A program made the position numbers and the translations under genes. Under the pieces are notes generated by a model that was not told where the DNA came from, did not search any database, and saw only the letters and a list, made by a program, of their open reading frames with translations. This document shows positions 8,111 to 16,833 of a stretch of 53,168 nt of DNA, piece after piece; the first letter of the stretch is position 1, and every line of letters starts with the position of its first letter. The stretch is from Pseudobdellovibrionaceae bacterium (lineage in GTDB: Bacteria; Bdellovibrionota; Bdellovibrionia; Bdellovibrionales; Bdellovibrionaceae): contig JBMOJS010000001.1 of the NCBI GenBank assembly GCA_049315665.1, positions 1 through 53,168 on the forward strand, read 5' to 3'.

Positions 8111-9712
8111 ATGCAAACAACATCTACGTTCTCTGACTTTTTATTGAATGAATCTACTTTAACTCATTTAACCAAAATAGGTTTTACAGTACCGACTCCT
8201 ATTCAGGTTTTGGCGATCCCAGAAATCCTTTTAGGATTTGATGTGATGGCCCAAGCCCAAACGGGTACGGGTAAAACAGCGGCTTTTACTTTGCCGACTT
8301 TAAATAAAATCACCGCCACTGGTTTACAAGTGATGGTTTTAGCACCCACTCGTGAATTGGCCCAACAGGTGAGCGAAGAGTTTTCTCGCTTAGGCCAAGG
8401 GCAAAACGTAAAGGTAGCCACAGTCGTTGGCGGCAATGCTTACCATATTCAATTGGAAGCTTTGAAAAAGGCTCAAGTTTTGGTGGCGACCCCAGGTCGT
8501 TTGCATGATTTACTAAGAACTTCTAGAATTAAAATCGACCAAGTTCACACCGTGATTTTGGATGAAGCCGATAAAATGTTGGACATGGGTTTTGCCACAG
8601 ATTTAGAAGCTATTTTTGCTTATTTACCTAAAGAAAAACAAACTTTGTTATTTTCTGCCACCTTCCCTGAATCGATTCGCCGTTTAGCTGCGAAAAATTT
8701 AAAACCAGATCATAAAAAACTAAAAGTACAAAACACTTCCGATGCCAATTTGGACGTGGAACAAAGTTATTCTGTTGTTCGTATGGATGATAAAGATGCA
8801 GCTATCTGTCGTTGGATTGATTACAATACTCCGATCAAAACAATTGTTTTTTGTGAGATGAAAAAAGATGCTGATCGTTTAGCAACCACATTGACGCAAA
8901 AAGGTTACCCAGTGATGGTTTTGCATGGTGATACTGAACAGCGCCGTCGTGAATTTGTGATGCAACAATTTAAAGTTAGAAAAACAGCTTTGTTGATTGC
9001 CACAGACATTGCAGCCCGTGGTTTGGATGTCAGTGACGTTAGCCATGTGGTGAACTATCAAATCCCTTATCAAATGGAAAGCTATGTTCACCGTATTGGT
9101 CGTACCGGGCGCGCTGGCAAAAAAGGTTCTGCATTTAGCTTGGTGACACCGGGTGAATTGCGATATTTTTTAAGTTGGTCTGAACGCACACGCAGCCAAT
9201 TGATTCGTAAAGAAATTCCAACTTTAAGTGGTTTAAAAACTAAAGTTCTAGATCAGTTGTTTCAAGAGTTGATCACCATGGATGTTCCGACAGATTTATT
9301 ATTGACTGTGAGCACATGGGAAGAAAAACACACTTTGCATGATTTAACTGCCGCTTTATTGCACAAAATGATGCAGCAAAAAAATATTCAAGGTCCTGAA
9401 GTGATTGCTGTTAAAGAAACTTCTTTTCGCACACCACGTCCTCCGCAAACTCAAAGGGGCGGAAGATCCCCTTACGGTGGCGGCGGTGGATACCGTCGTG
9501 ATGCTGGTGGCGAAAGCCGCAGCAGTGGCGGTTACCGTGGTGGCAACAGTGGCGGACGCAGTGAAGGCGGTCGTTCTGGCGGTGGATATCGCCGTGATGA
9601 CAGTTCTGGATTTGCAGGGCCCGCAGCAGGTGAAGGTAAGCCCCCATTCCGCCGTAGCGGCGGTGGTGGAGGAGCTCCAGCACGCAGTGCTTTTAGAGCC
9701 GTGAGTAAATAA
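8111..9712 (+). CDS. DEAD-box ATP-dependent RNA helicase with RGG-rich C-terminal tail
   Basis: Motifs AQTGTGKTAAF, PTRELA, DEAD, SAT and HRIGRTGRAG. The last ~90 aa are G/R/S repeats. Confidence 0.9.
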   Translation: MQTTSTFSDFLLNESTLTHLTKIGFTVPTPIQVLAIPEILLGFDVMAQAQTGTGKTAAFTLPTLNKITATGLQVMVLAPTRELAQQVSEEFSRLGQGQNVKVATVVGGNAYHIQLEALKKAQVLVATPGRLHDLLRTSRIKIDQVHTVILDEADKMLDMGFATDLEAIFAYLPKEKQTLLFSATFPESIRRLAAKNLKPDHKKLKVQNTSDANLDVEQSYSVVRMDDKDAAICRWIDYNTPIKTIVFCEMKKDADRLATTLTQKGYPVMVLHGDTEQRRREFVMQQFKVRKTALLIATDIAARGLDVSDVSHVVNYQIPYQMESYVHRIGRTGRAGKKGSAFSLVTPGELRYFLSWSERTRSQLIRKEIPTLSGLKTKVLDQLFQELITMDVPTDLLLTVSTWEEKHTLHDLTAALLHKMMQQKNIQGPEVIAVKETSFRTPRPPQTQRGGRSPYGGGGGYRRDAGGESRSSGGYRGGNSGGRSEGGRSGGGYRRDDSSGFAGPAAGEGKPPFRRSGGGGGAPARSAFRAVSK

Positions 9713-9725
9713 CGCCAATCCAGGG

Positions 9726-10106
9726 TTACCCGGTTGAATGGCCGTAAGAACACTCCGTAAACGGAGTTTCTAAAACAGTCACTTTTTGCAAGCCCACAGT
9801 GGTCTTTGCAAAAAGGGGCTGAAGCTGATTAAAAATCCAAAAAGCCAATAATTCAGAAGTGGGGTTTTCTAACCCTGGAACTTCATTCAAGTAGCGATGA
9901 TCAATTTGTTCTATTGTGGGCTTGCAGACTTTTGCAATATCATTGTAGTCCATCATCCAGCCCAGGACAGGATCCAAGGGGCCCTCTAAAGTTAAAATAA
10001 TTTTAAAACTATGACCATGCACTTGCGAACATGGATGAGTGCTGGGTAAGTGGGGCAGGCGTCGGGCGGACTCTATTTGAAAGTGTTGTTTTATTTGATA
10101 TTTCAT
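9726..10106 (-). CDS. queD: 6-carboxy-5,6,7,8-tetrahydropterin synthase
   Basis: ATG at 10106 (MKYQIKQHF..). Motif C-x3-HGH (PCSQVHGHSF), typical of QueD/PTPS. Confidence 0.7.
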   Translation of the reverse strand: MKYQIKQHFQIESARRLPHLPSTHPCSQVHGHSFKIILTLEGPLDPVLGWMMDYNDIAKVCKPTIEQIDHRYLNEVPGLENPTSELLAFWIFNQLQPLFAKTTVGLQKVTVLETPFTECSYGHSTG

Positions 10107-10159
10107 GATGATTTTATAAAACACACCCCTAGGCGGCGGCAAGTGGTAAGGAGCTATCA

Positions 10160-10642
10160 ATGACAACTTTGCATTTATCCAAACAAAATTTTAAATTCTC
10201 GGCGGCTCACTTTTTAATTTTTGATGATAAGCATGCCGAGCGCCTTCACGGCCATAACTACAACGTGAAAGTGGATATCGTGGTGCCAAAAAACAAGGAC
10301 TGGGTTGAGCAGGGGTTTTTTATTGATTTCAATGTGTTCAAAAAACACATCAAAGCCCAGTTGGATTTGTGGGATGAGTATATTTTGTTACCGGCTTTGC
10401 ATAAAGACATAAAAACTAAAATCAATGGGGATTCTTTAGAGCTGCGCTTTCGCGAGCGCTTTTATGTGTTTCCGAAAAATGAAGTGATTTTATTGCCGGT
10501 GACCAACACCAGTGTGGAGCAATTTTCTAAACTGTTGGCTAAAGATTTTTACATCCATTTTAAAAGTTATGGGGTAGCAAAGTTAAGAGTCACGGTTGAA
10601 GAAACAGCTGGCCAGGGGGCCAGCTATATTATTGAAGATTGA
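10160..10642 (+). CDS. 6-pyruvoyl-tetrahydropterin synthase family protein (second paralog)
   Basis: FKFSAAHF...AERLHGHNYNV matches the PTPS His motifs but lacks the QueD-type Cys. Divergent from queD. Confidence 0.6.
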   Translation: MTTLHLSKQNFKFSAAHFLIFDDKHAERLHGHNYNVKVDIVVPKNKDWVEQGFFIDFNVFKKHIKAQLDLWDEYILLPALHKDIKTKINGDSLELRFRERFYVFPKNEVILLPVTNTSVEQFSKLLAKDFYIHFKSYGVAKLRVTVEETAGQGASYIIED

Positions 10643-10671
10643 AGCTGTTTTGCACGCTTTGTGCTTTGAAA

Positions 10672-11145
10672 CTATTTTTCTGCTAAAAGTGAACGCAACA
10701 TCCAGGCGGTTTTTTCATGAACCTCGAGCCTTTGGGTTAATAGATCCAAAGTGACTTCGTCTTGGCCAGCCTCTGCCAAAGGGTATATTGTGCGAGCTGT
10801 TTTAGCCACAGCTTCATGGCCTTCTAGAAGTTGCAAAATCATTTGTTTGGAGTTCAGACCTTCTTCGGCTTCGGCGATAGAAGACAGCTGCGAGTACTTT
10901 TTATAGGACCCGGGGGCATAGCTGCCCAAGGAGCGAATGCGCTCGGCGATCAAATCCAGGGCGTTCCAAAGCTCTGTGTACTGAACCATGAACATTTGAT
11001 GAAGAGTATTGAACATGGGCCCTTCGACATTCCAATGAAAGTTGTGAGTTTTTAGATAAAGAATATAGCTGTCGGCCAGGAGGCGAGAAAGCCCCTCGGC
11101 GGTCTGTTTGCGGTCTTTTTCTGGGATGCCAATTTCGATTTTCAT
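10672..11145 (-). CDS. dps: Dps family DNA-protection/ferritin-like protein
   Basis: 157 aa. Motif [17 protein letters not shown]...LH..F and Dps-typical length. Confidence 0.9.
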   Translation of the reverse strand: MKIEIGIPEKDRKQTAEGLSRLLADSYILYLKTHNFHWNVEGPMFNTLHQMFMVQYTELWNALDLIAERIRSLGSYAPGSYKKYSQLSSIAEAEEGLNSKQMILQLLEGHEAVAKTARTIYPLAEAGQDEVTLDLLTQRLEVHEKTAWMLRSLLAEK

Positions 11146-11277
11146 AGATGCTCCTTTGTGGTGGGGTAGAGTTGCAAAAATATTTTACCTGCAATTTGCG
11201 GGAAAAACGTGATCATCCTAGTGTAAGTTTTGGTATTCGCAAGCAGGCTTGCGGCGAAATGATTAAAATACAGGCGC

Positions 11278-11304
11278 GCACAGCAAAATGCTGTGCTTTT
11301 TGTT
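11278..11304 (+). terminator. Rho-independent terminator-like hairpin with no upstream plus-strand CDS
   Basis: Stem gcacagc(a)/(t)gctgtgc of 7-8 bp with a short A-rich loop, followed by tttttgtt. It reads as a terminator only on the plus strand. Confidence 0.5.
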
Positions 11305-11381
11305 AAAAAACGAATTGACTTCATTTTTAAATTACCAGAAAGTAGCAAATCTTAAGAATAAGTGATCTTAATCGTACAGAT

Positions 11382-11457
11382 GATCCGCTAGCTCAGCTGG
11401 TAGAGCACTTCACTTTTAATGAAGGGGTCGATGGTTCGAATCCATCGCGGATCACCA
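11382..11457 (+). tRNA. tRNA-Lys (anticodon UUU)
   Basis: Cloverleaf readable by eye. Acceptor gatccgc/gcggatc, anticodon loop cuUUUaa, T-arm ggttcgaatcc, encoded CCA. Confidence 0.93.
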
Positions 11458-11468
11458 ATTTTCTAGTT

Positions 11469-11544
11469 GTTCCCATCGTCTAGTGGCCTAGGACACCTCC
11501 CTTTCACGGAGGATACAGGGGTTCGAATCCCCTTGGGAACGCCA
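11469..11544 (+). tRNA. tRNA-Glu (anticodon UUC)
   Basis: Acceptor gttccca/tgggaac, anticodon loop cuUUCac, T-arm ggggttcgaatcccc, encoded CCA. Close to the canonical bacterial tRNA-Glu. Confidence 0.93.
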
Positions 11545-13101
11545 ATTTTCACTGCCCTCATTTAATTTGATCTGAGCTAAAACACGAAATGGCTTTCGCA
11601 AGTCATATCGAAGGCTTGCGCCTTCCATGCGGAGGTTCGAGCAGACTTTTTTCACGAGGTTCAATCGCTGCTCATCAACTGACTGTTCCCATATAGATTT
11701 CGCGCGCTTAGAAAGTTCGAGCAAAGATTTCGTTGATCGCTCAATTAAGGCGTTATCCATGTTCTCCAGCGTAGCCAATTTTTTTGCGGCTTCATCACGC
11801 TCAAGCCTAATTTTGTCTAAATATCTGCCATAAGTTTCTTTATTTAAAAGGCCGCCTATCCAATGCTCGTAGAGTTCGTCTTCTTTTCGATTGAGTTCTG
11901 AAATACGGTGGCTTGTGGTTTCTTGCGTTTCCTTTAGCGTCGCTACTGAGCTCAAAGTCAGGCGACGAACCTCTTCCATTATCTGATTAGCCAATTTTTC
12001 AGAAACTGAGATGTTGGCAATTGGTTCCCAAATTAACTCCCAGAGTCGCTTCTCAGAGACATTCACCTGTGGGATATTTTGATTTTTATGCAAACGTTTT
12101 GAATCCCCACAATGATAATAATGGTACACTTGTTTGCTCGTGTTCGACTTGTTAACTTTCGTTTTTGGATCATAAATAATCGCGCAGCCACAACCGGGAC
12201 CTGCGCATGTCATAAGATGACTAAACTGACCAACGGGCCCATCTTTTTTTGAGATACCACGACGGCCATCAACCAATCTCACCCATTCAATAGGCACAAT
12301 CAATTCGTGTTTCCCCTCATACCAGTCTCCGCGCCATAAAAATTTTCCGCCATAAAAAGGATTAGTCAGAACTGTTTCAACCGAAGCCTTGCTAAAGACT
12401 TTTAGGCGTCTTTCCGGAAGCAATTTCCCTTTGAGTTCTTTATTCTCCTCAATAATCTGATTGCGTATCGCAAAATACGATAGACCTTTCAGAGCGCGAA
12501 GCTCAAAAATACGTTGTACAACCTTTTCCGTCGACTCGTCCGGTACAATTTTAGATTCCTTCTTTCCATTCTTGCCGACATTGCCTTCGCGAATATTTTT
12601 GTATCCGAGAGGAGCACGTCCTGGAAGCCATCCACTGCGGCACATTTCGGTCATACCTTTACGCGATTCGCGCGCGATATTCAGAGCAATATATTTGCTC
12701 ACGGACGTCATCATGTCGTCGGTAAAAATATCTGCAGGACTGCAATCATGATCGAGAATCCTTCGATCCTTATAATAATGAATAACCAAACGTTTTGTGA
12801 TAACGAAAAACTGAAGCTGTTCGCGGTTGGTGAAATTGCGAGTCAATCGATCTGGCTTTTCGACCACCAAATGCAAAATCTTGGTTTTGTGAGCAGCCAC
12901 ATACTGACGGATTGAATCCATCATATCATCAAACTTTTCGCGCTTATGGGATTTGCTTCCGGTCTCTACCATGCGAAACGTTTCTTTAATGCTAAAATTC
13001 TTTTGCTTGCAGTAGTCTCGGCCAAGCCGCTCTTGAACGTCTAGTGAAAATCCGTCTTCTTGTTTTGCATCTGAGATCCGACACAATAGAATTGCTTCCA
13101 T
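11488..13101 (-). CDS. large serine recombinase (integrase)
   Basis: N-terminal resolvase catalytic domain (LLCRISDAKQ..., VVEKPDRLTRN), recombinase domain, Cys-rich zinc ribbon (CAGPGCGC...YHYYHCGD) and coiled coil. The 3' end overlaps tRNA-Glu. Confidence 0.9.
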   Translation of the reverse strand: MEAILLCRISDAKQEDGFSLDVQERLGRDYCKQKNFSIKETFRMVETGSKSHKREKFDDMMDSIRQYVAAHKTKILHLVVEKPDRLTRNFTNREQLQFFVITKRLVIHYYKDRRILDHDCSPADIFTDDMMTSVSKYIALNIARESRKGMTEMCRSGWLPGRAPLGYKNIREGNVGKNGKKESKIVPDESTEKVVQRIFELRALKGLSYFAIRNQIIEENKELKGKLLPERRLKVFSKASVETVLTNPFYGGKFLWRGDWYEGKHELIVPIEWVRLVDGRRGISKKDGPVGQFSHLMTCAGPGCGCAIIYDPKTKVNKSNTSKQVYHYYHCGDSKRLHKNQNIPQVNVSEKRLWELIWEPIANISVSEKLANQIMEEVRRLTLSSVATLKETQETTSHRISELNRKEDELYEHWIGGLLNKETYGRYLDKIRLERDEAAKKLATLENMDNALIERSTKSLLELSKRAKSIWEQSVDEQRLNLVKKVCSNLRMEGASLRYDLRKPFRVLAQIKLNEGSENWRSQGDSNPCILREREVS

Positions 13102-13103
13102 TC

Positions 13104-13505
13104 TTACCCTCCTTTTTTCTCGAGCTTCATTAGCTCATAATAAAATTCAACAATTTCCATAAAATGATCTTGGGTGAGCCCATATTCCAGGTAGGTGTCA
13201 GACTTACCGTGAAACTCTTCAACCGGTTTGATTTCGGGACATAGACTGGTTTCGATGCGGGCAAGCGACTGAGATTTATTTTTTCTTTCATTCCGAACCT
13301 CGCGTTTACACGTCTTACAGATCGCCTCGAGCCAGCGGCCTTTTTGGTAAAACTCCCTAGCGGATTTGAACTTTTCGCAGCGAGAGCACGCCTTACCGTT
13401 TGCTTCCACGTCTAACTCCTTGGGTAGGGAAGTCCAGTTAATCTTGAAATTGGGCGGGAAAATTCGACTTGCAACTGCACATTGGATTTCATTGGACTCC
13501 TTCAA
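13104..13505 (-). CDS. zinc-ribbon hypothetical protein immediately upstream of the recombinase
   Basis: 133 aa with CSRCEKF...CKTCKRE. Its stop is 2 nt from the recombinase ATG, so the two are probably co-transcribed. Confidence 0.5.
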   Translation of the reverse strand: MKESNEIQCAVASRIFPPNFKINWTSLPKELDVEANGKACSRCEKFKSAREFYQKGRWLEAICKTCKREVRNERKNKSQSLARIETSLCPEIKPVEEFHGKSDTYLEYGLTQDHFMEIVEFYYELMKLEKKGG

Positions 13506-13670
13506 AAAAGGAAGCCGTTCTATAGGGGGAAACGATTGACTGATGGTTACAGAAAATGAAAATCCACTGCCTACGGGACCGAGATGAACGGCAACAGGAC
13601 CAAATTAAATTTCTGCGGCTTCAGATGAATAGAAATAGTTTTTATTTAAAATTCGAGGGATCAGGTTGTC

Positions 13671-13988
13671 ATGGGAACAAGTCAAAAAATTAAATTGGCC
13701 GAAAATCTCAACAGGCTTATGAATTCTAAGAATCTGACGGTTACATCTGTTGCAAGAAAAATTGGTATGAACAAAAGCACGTTGCACAACTACAGCAACG
13801 GTGTGATCCCAAGAAATTTGCCAAAAATAAAGGAACTGGCTGATCTTCTTGAGGTGTCATTGAGCGAGCTTGTTTTTGGACATGAAACTGAAGTTGAACA
13901 TAGAAATCTGTCTGATGGAATCGAAGGAAAATTTGAAGTGACTATCAGGCGTGTGGATCGTCTATCCAAGGGAGAACCAAAACGATGA
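13671..13988 (+). CDS. XRE-family HTH transcriptional regulator
   Basis: LAENLNRLMNSKNLTVTSVARKIGMNKSTLHNYSNG..., a typical Cro/C1 HTH. Divergent from the recombinase operon. Confidence 0.75.
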   Translation: MGTSQKIKLAENLNRLMNSKNLTVTSVARKIGMNKSTLHNYSNGVIPRNLPKIKELADLLEVSLSELVFGHETEVEHRNLSDGIEGKFEVTIRRVDRLSKGEPKR

Positions 13989-14077
13989 GGCGGAATTTGT
14001 GGATGCTTAGATGGATTTTTATCCAGGTAAGTAGATTTAGGCATACAAAATATTCAGGCTACTTCATAAATAATTGG

Positions 14078-14377
14078 ATGTATCAAATTAAAATTGGCAA
14101 AGTTTTAAAACGTCTGATCGAACAAAACCATAAAACACTAAAAGCAGTGAGCCATGAAACCAAAATTCCCTATTCTACTTTGCATACTTGGCTAGAAAAT
14201 CGAAAGCCTAGGGACATTCTAAAAGTCAAACAACTGGCCGAATACTTTGGTATTACTTTGCATCAGCTTCTGTTTGATCGGTCTGAATATCAGGATGAAA
14301 AGCTCACTGTGCAAATGCCGATACAGCAGGAAATTTTAAATGGTGTTTTCGAGATGACCATTAAACGTATTGAATAG
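14078..14377 (+). CDS. XRE-family HTH transcriptional regulator (paralog of the preceding gene)
   Basis: ATG at 14078. IGKVLKRLIEQNHKTLKAVSHETKIPYSTLHTWLEN. The C-terminal G.FE.TI.R motif is shared with 13671..13988. Confidence 0.7.
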   Translation: MYQIKIGKVLKRLIEQNHKTLKAVSHETKIPYSTLHTWLENRKPRDILKVKQLAEYFGITLHQLLFDRSEYQDEKLTVQMPIQQEILNGVFEMTIKRIE

Positions 14378-14729
14378 AATTTATCTAACCCACAATCCGG
14401 AAAAATCTATGAATACAACAAAAAATGTGGCCCACAAAAGTTCAAATTTAGATTTTTTAAACAATCCCGAAACTTTGGTTTTATTAAAACAAACTTTAGC
14501 TTCCTTTATTGCGTTTTACTTAAGAAAAAGCACCGAGAGGTCTTCGGTATCAGTTAGAAAAGATATTGAGGAAATGGAAAAAAATATTGGCCAAATTTTG
14601 CAAAGTTTGAAAAGAAAAAATCAAAAGCTACCGTCGATTGACGGTAGCTTGAAAGGTTTAGTTATTTTTTTGCAAGATTGTAGAAGCTTAAATGCATACC
14701 CTGTTAAACCAGTAAAGAAGAAGGGGTAA
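14370..14729 (+). CDS. hypothetical protein
   Basis: 119-aa ORF overlapping the previous stop by 8 nt. No family recognised. Confidence 0.4.
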   Translation: MNRIYLTHNPEKSMNTTKNVAHKSSNLDFLNNPETLVLLKQTLASFIAFYLRKSTERSSVSVRKDIEEMEKNIGQILQSLKRKNQKLPSIDGSLKGLVIFLQDCRSLNAYPVKPVKKKG

Positions 14730-14824
14730 TAATGTTATATCGTCGTATTTACTTAGAATGTAAAATACTGCGACCACATCTGCAAAGCGAAAATCCGGTT
14801 TCTACCTGGTCTGAGAGCATCCAG

Positions 14825-14854
14825 AAGAATGGCCATTCTTTCGTTTTGGTTTTT
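14825..14854 (+). terminator. candidate terminator (16-nt palindrome plus T-rich tail)
   Basis: aagaatggccattctt followed by tcgttttggttttt. The AT-rich stem is weak. Confidence 0.35.
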
Positions 14855-14946
14855 GAGATTAATTTAGGAATTACTTCCGCGAATGTCTAGCTAAGGAAGG
14901 CTCAGTAAGATTGATAGCTGAGCACTCTGTTGGAAACTCAGTGCTT

Positions 14947-15525
14947 CTATTCGCTTTTCGTATAAGAAACTGGCCTACCAGTCGAAGAAAAATTGATTAC
15001 TGTGTTTTGTCCTTTAGAACCTTGCCTGCTCCATGAAACGACTTCGTGATTTTTGGTGAAGTTAAAAATGTCCTCTTTAACATTCTTCTGCCCTTTTCCA
15101 TTGTAACGTAGAGCAAAAGACTCGTTTCCATTGTCTATCAAAACTTTAGCATTGCATGCTTTTGCGATCGCAAGCAGTTTAAGCTTGATCGCAGTCATAT
15201 TAAAAATAGCATATTCAGATTTTACATCGATGTTTGGAAAGGTAACATACCCGTTTTTGTCTGCATCTGGATGTCCAGGCAGATATTTTATCAGCGACTT
15301 TCCGATATCACGACTCACGTCACACCCACCATTTGAGCACGATCTAATAATATAGGGGCGATAGGCCCCGCCTTCAGGCGTTCGAGTTGTGTTTACGTTT
15401 GCCAAATTCGACGCGGTTAGAGCGAGTCTGATTTGCTCTGATTTCAACTCTTGGCAATCATCTGAAGACTTGGAAAATACTTGAACTGATGTGAATCCGA
15501 CTAGCAACAAACAAATCATTCTCAT
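14947..15525 (-). CDS. FlgC-like (flagellar basal-body rod family) protein with Sec signal peptide
   Basis: MRMICLLLVGFTSVQVFS signal. RLALTASNLANVNTTRTPEGGAYRP matches the rod-protein N-terminal motif. HPDADKNGYVTFPNIDVKSEY matches the FlgC C-proximal motif. Extra ~55-aa C-terminal extension. Confidence 0.6.
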   Translation of the reverse strand: MRMICLLLVGFTSVQVFSKSSDDCQELKSEQIRLALTASNLANVNTTRTPEGGAYRPYIIRSCSNGGCDVSRDIGKSLIKYLPGHPDADKNGYVTFPNIDVKSEYAIFNMTAIKLKLLAIAKACNAKVLIDNGNESFALRYNGKGQKNVKEDIFNFTKNHEVVSWSRQGSKGQNTVINFSSTGRPVSYTKSE

Positions 15526-15650
15526 TGCAACTCCTTGTTTAAGTATCTACTTTAAATCTTTTGCGGGCCAGTTAACAGGCCAGTCTGGTCTAGAACCAAA
15601 TATTTGCGGTATTGCTTTCAGTCGTCTTGAATAAAAAATCTAGGCTAAAA

Positions 15651-16247
15651 CTATGACCTAGGTTTAATTGTAAGGTTCGAAGCCTGAAATTTAATACTCA
15701 TATCCTCGCTTGTTAGGGTATACATTATCAAGTCGACCCAATGATTTCGAAGGAATATGGCCCGTTTCTTTAGGCCTTCACGTCGCATTCCCAATGTCTT
15801 TGCAAGTTTTATTGATCGTATATTTCCTGGTTCAATACCAGCCTCGATTCTGTGAAGTTTGATTTCGTTAAATCCGATGTCCAGCATGGCTGAAACGGCT
15901 TCTTTTCCGTATCCCAATCTCCAATAGTTATTAAAAATTCGATATCCAAGGAACGCTGTGTGCGAAATACCTCGCACAACTTCCATAACCGAAACGGCGC
16001 CGACCAATGATCCATTTTTATCAAAAACGCCTAAATCATAAAATGTATCTTTTGTACGACGTTCTTTTTGAGGCTTTATTATATTCTTAAAATTGATCTT
16101 GGTTAGTTCACTTGCAGGCTTCGGACCGTGATCCCAGGAATTTTTTGGTGAACTCATCTTAAGATGTGCGTTTTTCCAACTATCAAAATCTTCTATCTTT
16201 AAAGGACGAATGGAGAGGTGTTTTGTGGTTCTGTTTAGATTTTTCAT
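15651..16247 (-). CDS. GNAT family N-acetyltransferase (RimJ/RimL-like)
   Basis: 198 aa with IRPLKIEDF..., GYGKEAVSAMLDIGF, RIEAGIEPGNIRSIKLAKTLGMRREG. Confidence 0.8.
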   Translation of the reverse strand: MKNLNRTTKHLSIRPLKIEDFDSWKNAHLKMSSPKNSWDHGPKPASELTKINFKNIIKPQKERRTKDTFYDLGVFDKNGSLVGAVSVMEVVRGISHTAFLGYRIFNNYWRLGYGKEAVSAMLDIGFNEIKLHRIEAGIEPGNIRSIKLAKTLGMRREGLKKRAIFLRNHWVDLIMYTLTSEDMSIKFQASNLTIKPRS

Positions 16248-16464
16248 TTCTTCTGAATTTAATACGACAATTGATTAAGGTCTAGAGACAAATTTAAGTA
16301 CATCCAAGGCAAGGCGGAGAGAACTAACCCTGGAATAACTCCGCCACGTAAAACTTAGCCTGTAGTTTCTTTAAGTGCCAATCTTTCTACATGTGTCAGG
16401 CTAGATCTGAACCAGAATTTGGCTTTGAAGGAGCAAGTTTAATTTTTTACGCTTAAAAATAGAG

Positions 16465-16833
16465 TTAAACATCCCCATCTTCAGCCTCATCGACTTCCTT
16501 TTTTGGTTCGACTTTTTTAGCTTTTACAACCAGTTCAAATTTACTGTCAGACTTTCCTTTGGCTTTAGCTTGGGTCACTTCGCGCAGCAAGTGGCGAAGA
16601 AATTTAGCCTCATCGTAAAAACGATCAATCAATGCAGATAGGTCGCTGCCGCTTAAATTATCAGGTGATTTTTCAATCAACCAATTGATAAAATCTTTGC
16701 GAGATATTTTGACTCCCTTTTTCTTAGCACTGGCTTGTTCCAGCCAAGCATTGATTTTTTGAACAGACGCAGCTGACAGGGCAACATGTTCAAGCTTAGT
16801 GCGTAAACCTTCAGAATTTTCATTTTCGCTCAT
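16465..16833 (-). CDS. hypothetical protein translationally coupled to the methyltransferase
   Basis: 122 aa. ATGA overlap with the methyltransferase stop (16830-16833). Acidic/basic C-terminal tail. Confidence 0.5.
   Translation of the reverse strand: MSENENSEGLRTKLEHVALSAASVQKINAWLEQASAKKKGVKISRKDFINWLIEKSPDNLSGSDLSALIDRFYDEAKFLRHLLREVTQAKAKGKSDSKFELVVKAKKVEPKKEVDEAEDGDV

Noticed and set aside
9356-9753. Stack of overlapping ORFs in several frames on both strands
   Set aside because: They are artefacts of the GC-rich, repetitive RGG/GGY-coding tail of the DEAD-box helicase. Low-complexity repeats stay open in many frames.
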